Shown: positions 50,088 through 61,522 of the stretch, one piece after another | Layout: each line of letters begins with the position of its first letter | Position numbering within the stretch: position 1 is the first letter of the stretch | Source: Azolla caroliniana | Taxonomy: Eukaryota > Plantae > Polypodiophyta | DNA: 64,000 nt | Assembly (NCBI GenBank): GCA_043228905.1 | Contig: JBHGNT010000012.1 | Span: forward strand, 21,266,001-21,330,000 | Reading direction: 5' to 3' | The notes under the pieces: model-generated | Databases searched by the model: none | What the model was told of the DNA's origin: nothing | The model's input: only the letters and a program-made list of their open reading frames with translations | Translations under genes and position numbers: made by a program

Positions 50088-52241
50088 CTAAAAATCCTCT
50101 CGGTTATCGGAACCGAGGGAGTCGCGGTTACGCTCGTGGTTCGGCCTAACCGTCAAAAACTGGACCGAATGGCGGCCGTCCTGGCTCTTGACCCGCGCAT
50201 AGGCCGAACCATTGTCCAGCACCTTGGTCTCCATTCGCGCCGCCGTGATGTACGGCTCTCCCAGTATGACCGGATGCGAAGACGTCTCCTGCACGAAGAA
50301 GTGCTGGTCAATCTCGACGTCGCCGATCTTGACTCGCACATTCGGACAGGCCCCGTGCAGTTCCTCGGTGGCGCGCGTTGCTGCCCTTATTTTCCACCCG
50401 TGCTTGGTGTTGATCGGCCATTTGCCCTTCTTATAGAAGTCCATGGACATCAAATTGATCTCCGATCCGTGGTCCACCAAAGCTATCACCGGTTCCTGGA
50501 CATCGCCGATCTTCACCGGGGTTTCCGTGGTCGCTCGGGCCCAGTGCGGTCTCGAATAGTGGCTTTCCGCCCACTCGTCTCCCAGCGCCATGTCGTCTAG
50601 GTGCGTCGTCCGCACTTCCACCGGTCTTTCCGGTTCTGTCTCCGTTGACAGCCTCTTCCGTTTCACCAAGTCCACGATGGAGTCGTGGAACTCCTTCTTG
50701 GCGATTCCAAGCACCTCCCGTAGCGACAGCTCCACCTTGCTGTCGAGGATCCGTTCCTCCAGGACCTTTCGTAAGTCCGTGGTTCTTTCTATCTCCGTCC
50801 CCAGACGGTACCCGCCCTTCTGGGGTTTATCTTGCGTACCGGCCCTGCCGGCTTCGTCCCGTCGTGGCCCGGACCGGGTCTCGTATCGTTGTGAGGGCCC
50901 GGTCGTCCCGGGTTTTCCCACCCGCTTCTCTTCTACCAGAGCCTCGTAGTTCCGGCAAGCGGCTTCCACGAAGCCCGTCCTTTCCTCGACCGGGTCGCTC
51001 CACCCGGTCATCTCCCGTACCCGTTTCTCCGCACGGTCCGATTCCTCCCTTTTAAGCCCTGCACCGGCAAGGCCTTCCAGCATCGTCGGCCAGAATCCGG
51101 CTTTGCTTTCCTTTCGGGCCTCGCCGCCCCCGACTCGAATGCCGGCCGACGCCGAGTAGTGGACGGTTTCCGCGTGTCGGGCCGCCGCCTCTTCCATCAA
51201 CCTTTTCATACCACCCTTTCCGTCGTTTCGGCTCAGGGCCCTTCGGGTGTCGCTGGCATGCACCCGTCCTTCCCACAGGTACACCACCCGGTCCCTCAGC
51301 GCCTCCGCGAAGTCGCCGCAGTCCTTCCGAACGTGGCCGACTTCATCGCACCACATGCACCTGTTTCCTGCCGCCGGCCGTCGGTCACGAGCCGGTTCGC
51401 CTCCTTCCCTTCGGGCCTGCGCGATTTGGAGGTCCTTTATCGCCTTCGTCAATTCCTCCAGCGCCGCTCCTCCGGTTGAGCCTCTGACCACGCCGGTCGA
51501 AGCCGAACCGGTTTCCAACCACTCCCGGGTCTCTTCCTTGCGCACCTGTGGCGCTGGTTCGAGCTTCCTTGCTGCGACCGAGCCCGACCCAGTCGCCCCG
51601 TTATCCGCCCATTCTCGCCGTTTGTCGAAACGGCCACAGACCTTCCTGACAGCCGCCCAGTCGGTAGTGAGCCCGTCTTCGGTTTCCAGCAAGAGGCCCA
51701 CTTGCTCCCGATCCCGCTCGTCGACCGACTTGACAAACAGCAAGACCCGGCTCGTGTCCAGGATGGTTCGGTCGAGCGCCGAAAGGCGCGCAAAGTTTTC
51801 CTCGAACTCCCGGAGGAGTGCCGACGCGTTTCTTCCCTTCCCCGGGGACTCCACCCATTCCATGAACCTTCGCTTCGAAAGCCGGAGCGCGTCGTCCAGC
51901 CCGTATTTCTCTAGGAGCCGACCTTCGAACTCCTCCCAGGTACGACTCTCCGCCCGCACCTCGAGCACCTCCGCATGGATGCTCGGCATTGCCACTCGGG
52001 GAAAACCGGCAAGACGCCTTTCTTCCGGAATGTCCCGCATCAACATTTCTGCACCGTAGGACGCCAGATACTTCGTGGCATCCCTCCCATCGAACCGGCC
52101 GATCGTGCCGACGACCGCCTCAATAGCTCTGTCGAGGGCACCGGTACCCTCGCGCGCGTTTACGATCCGATCCACGGCCGAAGCCATGGCCTCTGCGAGA
52201 TCCGACCCCCTCATCTTCTGCTCTTCTGCCGCCTCTTTCAC
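50088..52241 (-). CDS. Gypsy-W2 gag-protease ORF (about 717 aa)
   Basis: Uninterrupted ORF with zinc knuckle CMWCDEVGHVRKDC and protease-like ALVDHGSEINLM..VILGEPYI. Confidence 0.88.
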   Translation of the reverse strand: MKEAAEEQKMRGSDLAEAMASAVDRIVNAREGTGALDRAIEAVVGTIGRFDGRDATKYLASYGAEMLMRDIPEERRLAGFPRVAMPSIHAEVLEVRAESRTWEEFEGRLLEKYGLDDALRLSKRRFMEWVESPGKGRNASALLREFEENFARLSALDRTILDTSRVLLFVKSVDERDREQVGLLLETEDGLTTDWAAVRKVCGRFDKRREWADNGATGSGSVAARKLEPAPQVRKEETREWLETGSASTGVVRGSTGGAALEELTKAIKDLQIAQARREGGEPARDRRPAAGNRCMWCDEVGHVRKDCGDFAEALRDRVVYLWEGRVHASDTRRALSRNDGKGGMKRLMEEAAARHAETVHYSASAGIRVGGGEARKESKAGFWPTMLEGLAGAGLKREESDRAEKRVREMTGWSDPVEERTGFVEAACRNYEALVEEKRVGKPGTTGPSQRYETRSGPRRDEAGRAGTQDKPQKGGYRLGTEIERTTDLRKVLEERILDSKVELSLREVLGIAKKEFHDSIVDLVKRKRLSTETEPERPVEVRTTHLDDMALGDEWAESHYSRPHWARATTETPVKIGDVQEPVIALVDHGSEINLMSMDFYKKGKWPINTKHGWKIRAATRATEELHGACPNVRVKIGDVEIDQHFFVQETSSHPVILGEPYITAARMETKVLDNGSAYARVKSQDGRHSVQFLTVRPNHERNRDSLGSDNREDF

Positions 52242-55200
52242 GTCGGGTTCACCAAAGATGTAGAGATATTACGCAAGTGCGTGTGGAATAGAGGCGGGAC
52301 CGCGGGGGTCTCGAACCAAAGAGCAAGCGAGGGAGGAGAAAGAGAGAGAACCGGCTACGCAGGACCGGGGATACACAGGGACACGGCCCTTTAGCACGGA
52401 GAACGCGAACAGACACCGACACAGACGGATGCGAATGACTAAATATGTGTATTAACAAAAATGGCTAACACGACTACAACCCCCGATGGGGCACAGGTTG
52501 GTTGCAACCGAACAGGCCGGCGAACAGATGCCGATGCCTGTTCGCTTCGACGCACAAACGGGGAAATGGGGGGGGGTAGCAGGTCGGAGGTGCTGCCGGA
52601 AGCACTCGGGCGTTCCTCGAAACAGCGCGAGCCTCCCCGGAACCCTGCACAGAAAGCTTTGGAGCTCAAGAAGGAAGGAAACAGAGAGAGCGAAGCGTCC
52701 AGAAACGGTCCGACAGCACTTCGTCCTCTCCGCGCCAGCTCCCTGCAACAGCTCTTTCCCGCTCCTTATATAGGCCGACGAACAGGCCGTCGTGTCAGCT
52801 TTATTCCCTGTCCCTTTTGGACAGGGATCCGCTCCGTTTTTCACGGATCCGCGTAGTTACGCCGCCGACTCGTACAGTTCGCGCGCGCGACCGAAAAGAC
52901 TGTTCGCGCGGTCTTTGTCTCCACTTGAGTTAGGGCCCGTTCCTGCCGATTATCCTCTCAATTCGTTTCTATGTACAACTCGGAGCGTGCGCGCGTGAAG
53001 AACCGGTTCCCACGGCTTGGTGCGCCGATTCCGCCTATGGACGGTTTTCTTCACGACAACGTGACGAAGGTGCTTCACCGGTTCAACATGTCGGAAGCAA
53101 GACCGGTCGGATCGACCCTCCCGGCAAACTGCAAGCTGTCCAGCAAGCAAAGTCCCAAGACAAAGGCTGAAAAGGAGGATATGATGAAAGTGCCGTATGC
53201 CTCAGCCGTCGGGAGCCTGATGTACGCCATGGTGTGTACGAGACCGGACATAGGATATGCAGTCGGAGTGGTGAGCCGGTACATGAGCAATCCTGGCAAA
53301 GAGCATTGGAACGCGGCCAAGTGGATACTCCGATACCTGAAGGGCACGGCAAACGTATGCCTCCGATTCGGCTCCGGTAAACCCGAACTCGACGGTTTCA
53401 CCGATTCGGATATGTCGGCTGATGCAGATACCAGCCGGTCCACATCAGGGTATGTGATGACGTATGCAGGGGGAGCTGTTTCATGGCAGTCGAGGCTGCA
53501 GAAGACGGTTGCGTTGTCAACCACTGAGGCGGAGTACATGGCGGCTGTAGAAGCCGGCAAGGAAATAATATGGATGAAGGACTTCATTAGAGAGCTCGGT
53601 ATCCAACAGGAGGAGTACCGACTCTACTGCGACAGTCAGAGTGCAATCCACCTTGCGAAGAACGCGGCCTATCACTCCCGGACGAAGCACATCCAGCGAA
53701 GATATCACTGGATCCGGGAAAGGATAGAAGACAAGGAGTTCGTGCTGACGAAGGTCCACACGGACGAGAACGGGTCGGATATGCTAACCAAAGTGCTCAC
53801 ACCCGACAAGCTGGAAGCATGCCGGAAGAGGATCGGATTGGAGAGACATCCCATGCCGAAGTGAAGGGGGAGTTTGTTGGGATTTCGGTCCCTTTCGGAT
53901 GGGATGGTCGGATATTGGAGATGAATGCCGACAAGCCCGGTTTCGGTTTCGGATCCGGATGACGAAGACCCCGGCTTCGGTGCCGGATGAAGAATGTACC
54001 CGGAGAGCGATCCGGATGCAGGAACATATCCGTGAATATGTTCGCTATGGGCCCCTGAGGCTATAGTTGTAAATAGCCCAAAGTCATATAAGTATAAATA
54101 TGACTTAGGGCAAACAGTTTTACTGTTGCTTCTCATTTTTCTGTTTTCCCATTCAAGAGGAGTGAAGTGTGAGCAGCCGTGAGAGAGAGAGAGAGAGAGA
54201 TAGAGCGCGAGAGAGGAAGAGGTAGACGCCTCTGTGTATTTCCGCCGCCTGTGGCGAGGACAGCGAGCTCAAGGTCGTCGCCTTGTAGCTCGCCATTGTA
54301 TACTTCTCTGTATAGTGTTGATTTGGAGTCTTGTACTCCCGTGGTTTTTCCCGTCCAGGGTTTTCCACGTTAATCACTGTGTACCCGCGTTTTGTTTCTC
54401 CGTGTGGTTCCCATTTTCTGCACCATCGATTCGCGCTTACTCGGTTGTGGCCGAGCGAAGAAGGTGAATGTAAGCGTCTATTCCCAACACTAACAACATG
54501 ATGATGATGTTCGAGCGGATGCTTCAAGAACAACGTGCGATGTCGGAGATAGTGGCAATAGTAGAGCGGCTCGTGCAACGGATCGGGCAATTCAACGGAA
54601 AGGACGCATCATGCTATCTTCAGGACTACAAGGCAGAAATGATACGGTGTGGGATTTCGGAAGGACTGCATGTGACATCCTTCAACCGGGTAGCTACCGA
54701 CGGGCTTCAAGCAAGTATCCACGGGCTACGACAACAAAATCCAACGTGGGAAGCGTTTGAAGAGGCGTTAAAGACCACGTTCGCTATCGAGGACTCCTCC
54801 AAGGCAACACAGAGAGGATTCGAGGATTGGGTGGAAATGCCGGACAAGGGGATGAAGGTCCTCGATGTGTTTTCGGCATTCGAAAATCGGTTCGGGAGGT
54901 TGTCTGTGAGAGATCAAGCTATCCTCGCATCGGACAAAGTTATCATGTTCTTACGAGTCGTGGACATCCGGGACCAGAAAGATCTTGGAGTGCTTCTGGA
55001 GGACACGACCACCGAGAGTGGTCTCACCGATACATGGGATAATGTGCGAGATATCGTCGCACGATATACAAAGAGGGGGCAATGTCTTGCTAACGAAGAA
55101 AAGAGGGTTTTGGAACCGATTCCGAAGCCGAGATCCAGTTTGGAAGACCATCAACCGCGGGCTCGGGAGACTACGACTGAGAAGGGAATCGGCGCAACCA

Positions 55201-55607
55201 CGGTGGAGCAATTGCTGAAAGAGATGGAGAATCTGAAAATCTCGATGGTGAAGAAGATGGAAGACCGTCCCACAAGTTCCAAGTACATGGACCTCGATGC
55301 ATATGGTGCGATAGCACCAAACATGATCGGAGAGATTGCGACGAGCACAAGGGGAGGCGTTACGACGGGATCTTATCTACTACGAGGGAAATCAGATTCA
55401 TTCGATGGATTCTTGGAACCCACTCCGACCGAACTTCCGAAAAGGCGGCATGAAGAAGGTCCTAGAGGAGGAGATCGCGGCAAAAAACAATTATGCAACA
55501 ACAACGGGAATACGTGTGGAGGAGTCATCTGCAACAAAGGCGTCTTTTTGGCCGGAAGTGCTAGAAACTTCGAGAAAGCCGACCATGATGAAATCCGAAG
55601 TGCGCTT

Positions 55608-57451
55608 GAGTAAATGAAAATGTTCATACCTGGCTCATGTGATATCGGATTTTTGTGTTCAAATGTGCGAATCGAAGCTAATTTCGCTGGCTATGATATG
55701 AAATTGAAAAATCATGATTTTGAAACTCACGTCGAGAAACAGGACGAAAAAAGCAAAGTTCAGCAAGTCGTACACAAGAGCACGTGAGTAAATGAAAATG
55801 TTCATACCTAGCTTGTGTGATATTGGTTTTTTGTGTTCAAACGTGCGTATCAAAGCTAACTACGCTGGCTATGATATGGAATTGAAAAATCATGATTTTG
55901 GAACTCAGATCGAGTGACATGAAGAAAATAGCCAAGTGTAGAAGGTCGTAGACAAGAGCGCGTGAGTAAATGAGAATGTTCATACTTGGCTCGTCTGATA
56001 TCAGATTTGTGTGTTCAAACATGCGAATCAAATCTAACTATGCTGGCTATGATATGGGATTGAAAAATCATGATTTTGAAACTCAGATTGACAGACATGA
56101 AAAAAATAGCAAAGTTGAGGAGGTCGTAGACAAGAGCGCATGAGTAAATGAAAATGTTCATACCTGGGTCGTGTGATATCAGATTTTTGTCTTCAAATCT
56201 GTGAATCGTTGCTAATTTCGTTGGCTATGATATGAAAATGAAAAATTAGGATTTTGAAACTCAGGTCGAGAGACATGACGAAAATAACAAAGTTGAGGAG
56301 TTCGTAGACAAGAGCGCATGAGTAAATGAAAATGTTCATACCTGGCTCGTGTGTTATCGGATTTTTGTCTTCAAATCTGCAAATCGTTGCTAATTTCACT
56401 GGCTATGATATGAAAATGAAAAAATATGATTTTGAAACTCAGGTCGAGAGACATGACGAAAATAACAAAGTTGAGAAGTTCGTAGACAAGAGTACGTGAG
56501 TAAATGAAAATGTTCATACCTGGCTCGTGTTAAATTGGATTTTTGTGTTCAAATATGGGAATCGAAACTAACTACGCTGCCTATAATGTGGAATTGAAAA
56601 ATCATGATTTTGAAACTCAGATCGAGAGAGATGAACAAAAAAAGAAAAGTTGAGGAGGTCGTAGACAAGAGCGCGTGAGTAAATGAAAATGTTCATACCT
56701 GGCTCGTGTGATATCAGATTTTTGTGTTCAAATGTGCGAATCGAAGCTAATTTCGTTGGCTATGATATGAAATTGAAAAATCATGATTTTGAAACTCACG
56801 TCGAGAAATAGGACAAAAAAGCAAAGTTGAGCAAGTCGTACACAAGAGCGCGTGAGTAAATGAAAATGTTCATACCTAGCTTGTGTTGTATTGGATTTTT
56901 GTGTTCAAACGTGCGTATCGAAGCTAACTATGCTGGCTATGATATGAAATTGAAAAATCATGATTTTGGAACTCAGATCGAGTGACATAAAGAAAATAGC
57001 CAAGTGTAGAAGGTCGTAGACAAGAGCACGTGAGTAAATGAGAATGTTCATACCTGGCTTGTCTGATATCAGATTTGTGTGTTCAAACATGCGAATCGAA
57101 TCTAACTACGCTGGCTATGATATGGGTTTGAAAAATCATGATTTTGAAACTCAGATCGAGAGACATGAAAAAAATAGCAAAGTTGAGGAGGTCGTAGACA
57201 AGAGCGCGTGAGTAAATGAAAATGTTCATACCTGGCTCGTGTGATATCGGATTTTTGTCTTCAAATCTGCGAATCGTTGCTAATTTCGCTAGCTATGATA
57301 TGAAAATGAAAAATTATGATTTTGAAACTCAGATAGAGAGACATGATGAAAATAACAAAGTTGAGGAGTTCGTAGACAAGAGCGCGTGAGTAAATGAAAA
57401 TGTTCATACCTGGCTCGTGTGAAATTGGATTTTTGTGTTCAAATATGGGAA
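55608..57451. repeat. 178-bp satellite array, 10 full monomers plus a partial one, with higher-order structure
   Basis: GAGTAAATGA recurs at 55608, 55786, 55964, 56142, 56320, 56498, 56677, 56854, 57032, 57210 and 57388. Confidence 0.97.
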
Positions 57452-60400
57452 CGGAAGATCTATTTGCGGCTTGTTCGGATGTGATGGTGAAGATCGGGGA
57501 TGTCGAGATCGACCAAAATTTCTTCGTACAAGACGAGGTCTCACATTCCGTGATCCTCGGGCAACCATTTATCACGGCATCACGAATGGAGACGAAGGTG
57601 CTAGATAGCGGTGCGACTTTCGCATGAATTCGGAGCCAAAGCGGAGGGAAATCCGTCCAATTCTTAACTGTGCCAGCAAATCATGAAAGGAACAAGAGAG
57701 AGCTCTTGTCCCAAACAAGGATGGATTTTTAGAGTGGACTGTTGCGGAGTGGGGAAGTGATAGTCCGAGAAGCCCTGATACCCCACACAGGAAGAAAAAT
57801 CTCGGAGCAAAACAAGTACGAATCGGTCCGGATGGGGCATCTATGTACACGGCCATAACCGGAGGAATGAAGAAAGAATACCGAAAAGTAGAGGATAAGT
57901 TGTGGTCGGCGTCAATAATAAAAGAAGACGAAGAAATCGTGGGGGTAGTTGAAGAAGTGTTCTATGGGAACACGCTACAACGGCTTGAAGAGCTTGTGGA
58001 GGATAAAAGCCAAGGAGACCGGGTAGTCCCGGTGGAATCGGTGGAGATGTACGAGATCGTTGCGAAAATGGGGCCAGATGCGCTCCGCAAAGAAGAAGCA
58101 ATGGTAAGTACGAAATACAAGACCGTGGAGAAGAAAGTGAAACCGGCCGCGAGACCATTACCCGCCGATAGTGAGCAAAAGAGGAAAGAAGTCTCGGGAG
58201 ATCCGACACTTCGGAAGTCCGTGGATATCGGACATGCCTTCACGGATGAGACCCGGAAGAAACTTCGGATTGGTGGACGTGGTTTCCTTTTACAAAATGA
58301 AGAAGAATGATTCCGTGGGATGTTGGAACAACATGGGAAAGCATTTGCATTCACATTAAAGGAGATAGGGTGTGTCGATCCGAAGATAGTGGAGCCGATG
58401 GTGATCTTCATGATTGACCATGTGCCGTGGAACCTGAAGCCGATTCCGGTGCCACGAGCGCATATTCCCAAAATCATCGACTTGCTCAAGGAGAAGGTGG
58501 CGATGGGGATTCTAGAGCCATCAAACGCTCCGTACTCAAATCGATGGTTTACAGTTCCGAAGAAGAATGGGTCACTCTGATTTATCCAAGACTTGCAACC
58601 AGTGAACAAGGTCACGATCCGGAACTCCAGAGTCCGTCTGATAGTGGACGAATTTGCGGAAGCATTTGCCGGTTGTGCGATATACTCCATCGGAGACCTA
58701 TACTTGGGGTATGACCAATTCCAACTAGCCGTGGAGAGCCGAGACATCACTACCATGAGGACACCGATAGGATTAGTCCAGATGTGTACGCTACCACAAG
58801 GCGCGATGAACTCGGTCGCACATATGATGAATGCAATGAACAAGGTGCTTCGAGACTGCATTCCGGAGATAATGATGCCGTTCCTAGATGACATTCCGAT
58901 GAAAGGATGCGCGGTAGAAGAAAAAGATGAAACTATTATGCCAAAAGTTCGTAGTCGACCATATTCGTGATTGCGAGAAAGTGCTTCGAAAGTTAGAAGA
59001 TGTGCACCTAACACTTTCCGGTGAGAAATAGGCATTCAGGCAAGAAGAAATATTGGTAGTCAGACATCTATGTGGGCCCTACGGCCGAAGACTGTCACCA
59101 ACCAAGATCGATGCGATTCAAGCTATGAAAGAAGTATGTGAGTCACAATCCGAAGTCCGAAGGTTTCTTGGAGCATGTGCATTCTATCACATATGGATTC
59201 CGCACTATGCACATATTGCGGACCCACTCTATCACTTGTTGCGGAAGGGTAAGAAGTTCAAACGGAAACTGGAGCATACCAAAGCCATGAAGAAGCTCAA
59301 GAAATCACTACGGAGGGAAAAAGCACTAAAGAAGCTGAACTATGACCGATCGATCATAGTAACGGTTGACACAAGTCCAATTGGAATCGAATGGGTCATC
59401 AATCAAGCCGACTCGGATGGTTCGCAATATCCGATCCGATTCGGAGCAAAGGTTCTCAACGAAAGGCAATGTGGATATGCACAAGTAAAAAGAGAATTAT
59501 GGGGAGTCGTGTCGGATAATGTCTGAGTTTCATGAATTCAATTGGGATGGACATCGAGGAACATGGGCAACTTTTGTGAAAATCAAACAAAAATATTGGT
59601 GGAAGAATATGTACAAAGATATAGCGGAGTTCACGGAAAGCTATGAGAAGTGTCAAATCTACTCCGGAGTTCGACACCGAGATGAGTTACATCTGACATT
59701 CTCACCGACAATCAACTTCAAATGGATGGTCGATATTGTAGCCATGCCAACCGGGATCAGACAAAAGAAGTACTTGGTGTTAGCCCGGGAAGATCTCACA
59801 AACCAAGTAGAAGGTCGAGCACTACGAAGGAAAACGTGTTCCGCAGTATGCCAATTTCGGAGAGGTGTTTTGTAGGTATGGGTGCGTAGGACAAGTGACT
59901 GCGGATCGGGGAGAACTTGACTCTGACAAAGCTAGGGGATTCTTCGCCAAACATGGAGTTCGGTTAACACTGGCAACAACATACAATCCGGAAGCCAACG
60001 GGAAGATCGAACGAGGACATAGTCCGATCGTCAAAGCACTTGCGAAGGCATGCGATGGAAGGGTGAAGGATTGGCCGCAGATGCTTTCGTATGCACTATG
60101 GGCGGATCGGACGACGCATAGCTTCGTAACCGGTTATATGCCGACATAACTTATGACCGGACAAGCACCGGTAATGCCGACGGAAACCGCAATCGCGACA
60201 TGGACAATGCTACCGTGGAAGGAAGAGATGAGCCGGGAAGAACTACTAGCGGTTTGGATACGACAACTAGAGAGAAGACCGGAAGAAATAACAGAAACAA
60301 CACGCCAACAACAAGAAGCGTGATTCCGGAACAAACGCATGTTCGATACAAAGCACCAACTACGACCGCGGAAGATTGAAGAAGGAGATTGGGTGATTGT

Positions 60401-61522
60401 CTATGACAGTAGTTTGGATCATCAACATACAATGATACGGAAGTTCGCGAAAAGGTGGTTTGGGCCATATGAGGTTCGGAAAGTTTTCGACAACGGAACT
60501 TACCGACTATGCGAGTTGGATGGGACGATACTACGGGTGCCTATAGTGGGGAAACAGGTGAAGATTTTCAAGAAGTGAATTGACAAAGAACCTTATGTAA
60601 GCTTAGACAAGACCCGACAACGAGGAGCAATCGGACAAAGATCGCGGTGATGCGGAAAGTGAAGAAAGTGGTCTTCAATTGATAATCGACATATGGGAAG
60701 AATCGGAGAGTGCTACGGATGAAGAGGAACAACGAGCATCGGGAACTTCGGCACATACCGGAGGATGTGCGGGTTTGGAGGGGGCGAGTGTCGTAGTGTA
60801 ATTCGCACACTACGTGAAAATTATATTTTTGTCCCTCCGGATGGAATTGGTAAGGAGAATCGGTAAGAACCGGATCAAGTAGAACCGGCAAGAGCCGGAT
60901 AAAGAAGGCCGGTGAGAATCTCTCACCGGATGAAGAGACAAATTTGTAAATAGAAGAAAAGATTGTTACATGCATAGGGCAGGATTCGAACCTGTACCTC
61001 CATGTTAACGATTTTTAAGCCTTACTACTACTAGCATATTATGAATTTTAAAGTTATACTAAACTTTATCCCGTGTAAATATTCTAGATATGCATGGTAC
61101 AAAAAGTTATTCATGCATACACACTTGAGTTAAAAGAAAAGATGGGATAGAAAGCTAATCATTCACATGCAGTGTGCATGAAAACTAAAGTTAGGAAAAG
61201 CATGATGCTTGCATGTGATAAACTTAGACTCTTCCAACACTATATAAGGAAGAGAGAAAGATGTATAGGGGTTGTTGATTTTTTTTATAGAAGGATTGAT
61301 TAATACAAAATATTTGTGGGATTCACGATTTTACCATCTAATTCTCTCTTACAATCTAATTACCCATTAATACATTATACTCGTGGGATTCAGGAGTTTC
61401 ATATCTTCTTCTTACAATCTCTTCCTAACTAACATTATCTCATATTCTTCTTTCTCCTAGTCCAAAACCCCAGCAGTTCCCACCCGACTCACGCAAACGA
61501 TCTGGCGCTGAAAGGCACGACA

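Larger units (their letters stand above)
37191..53058 (-). mobile_element. Young tRNA-Trp-primed non-chromovirus Ty3/Gypsy element (Gypsy-W2)
   Basis: 800-bp LTRs 37191-37990 and 52259-53058 with identical ORF translations. 4-bp TSD ACGT (37187-37190/53059-53062). PBS at about 52238-52254 (plus strand TCACGTCGGGTTCACCA, the tRNA-Trp 3' end). PPT next to 37991. Confidence 0.97.
33917..53864 (+). pseudogene. Copia gag-pol polyprotein (33917-37190 + 53063-53864) with a 1-bp frameshift near 36420 and split by the Gypsy insertion
   Basis: CFHCGKPGHFRKNC, WVVDSGAS, integrase HTDVC..DNGGEY..NGLAERMN, RT YVDDML, RNase H FTDSD..STTEAEY. Removing the insert restores SQEKYVTKVL. Confidence 0.95.
33272..54489 (+). 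mobile_element. Young Ty1/Copia LTR retrotransposon
   Basis: 615-bp LTRs 33272-33886 and 53875-54489 (TGTTGGGA..TCCCAACA; no difference seen by eye). TSD CTAAC (33267-33271/54490-54494). tRNA-Met PBS TGGTATCAGAGC at 33890. PPT GAAGGGGGAG before 53875. Confidence 0.97.
32686..61522 (+). mobile_element. Degenerate tRNA-Trp-primed non-chromovirus Ty3/Gypsy element (Gypsy-W1), interrupted by Copia and a satellite
   Basis: 5'-truncated 5' LTR 32686-33209 and full 3' LTR 60789-61522 (TGTCGT..ACGACA). PBS TGGTGAACCCGACGTGAA (33214-33231) is complementary to the plant tRNA-Trp 3' end. gag starts at 33248 and resumes at 54495. pol fragments at 57843-60578 (FLDDIPMKG, YNPEANGKIERGH). PPT before 60789. 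Confidence 0.92.

Noticed and set aside
52238-52254. TCACGTCGGGTTCACCA looks like the end of a tRNA-Trp gene
   Set aside because: It is only the primer-binding site next to an LTR; the rest of the tRNA is absent.
55608-57451. Regularly spaced repeats resembling a CRISPR array
   Set aside because: Whole 178-bp units repeat, there are no unique spacers or cas genes, and the context is eukaryotic.
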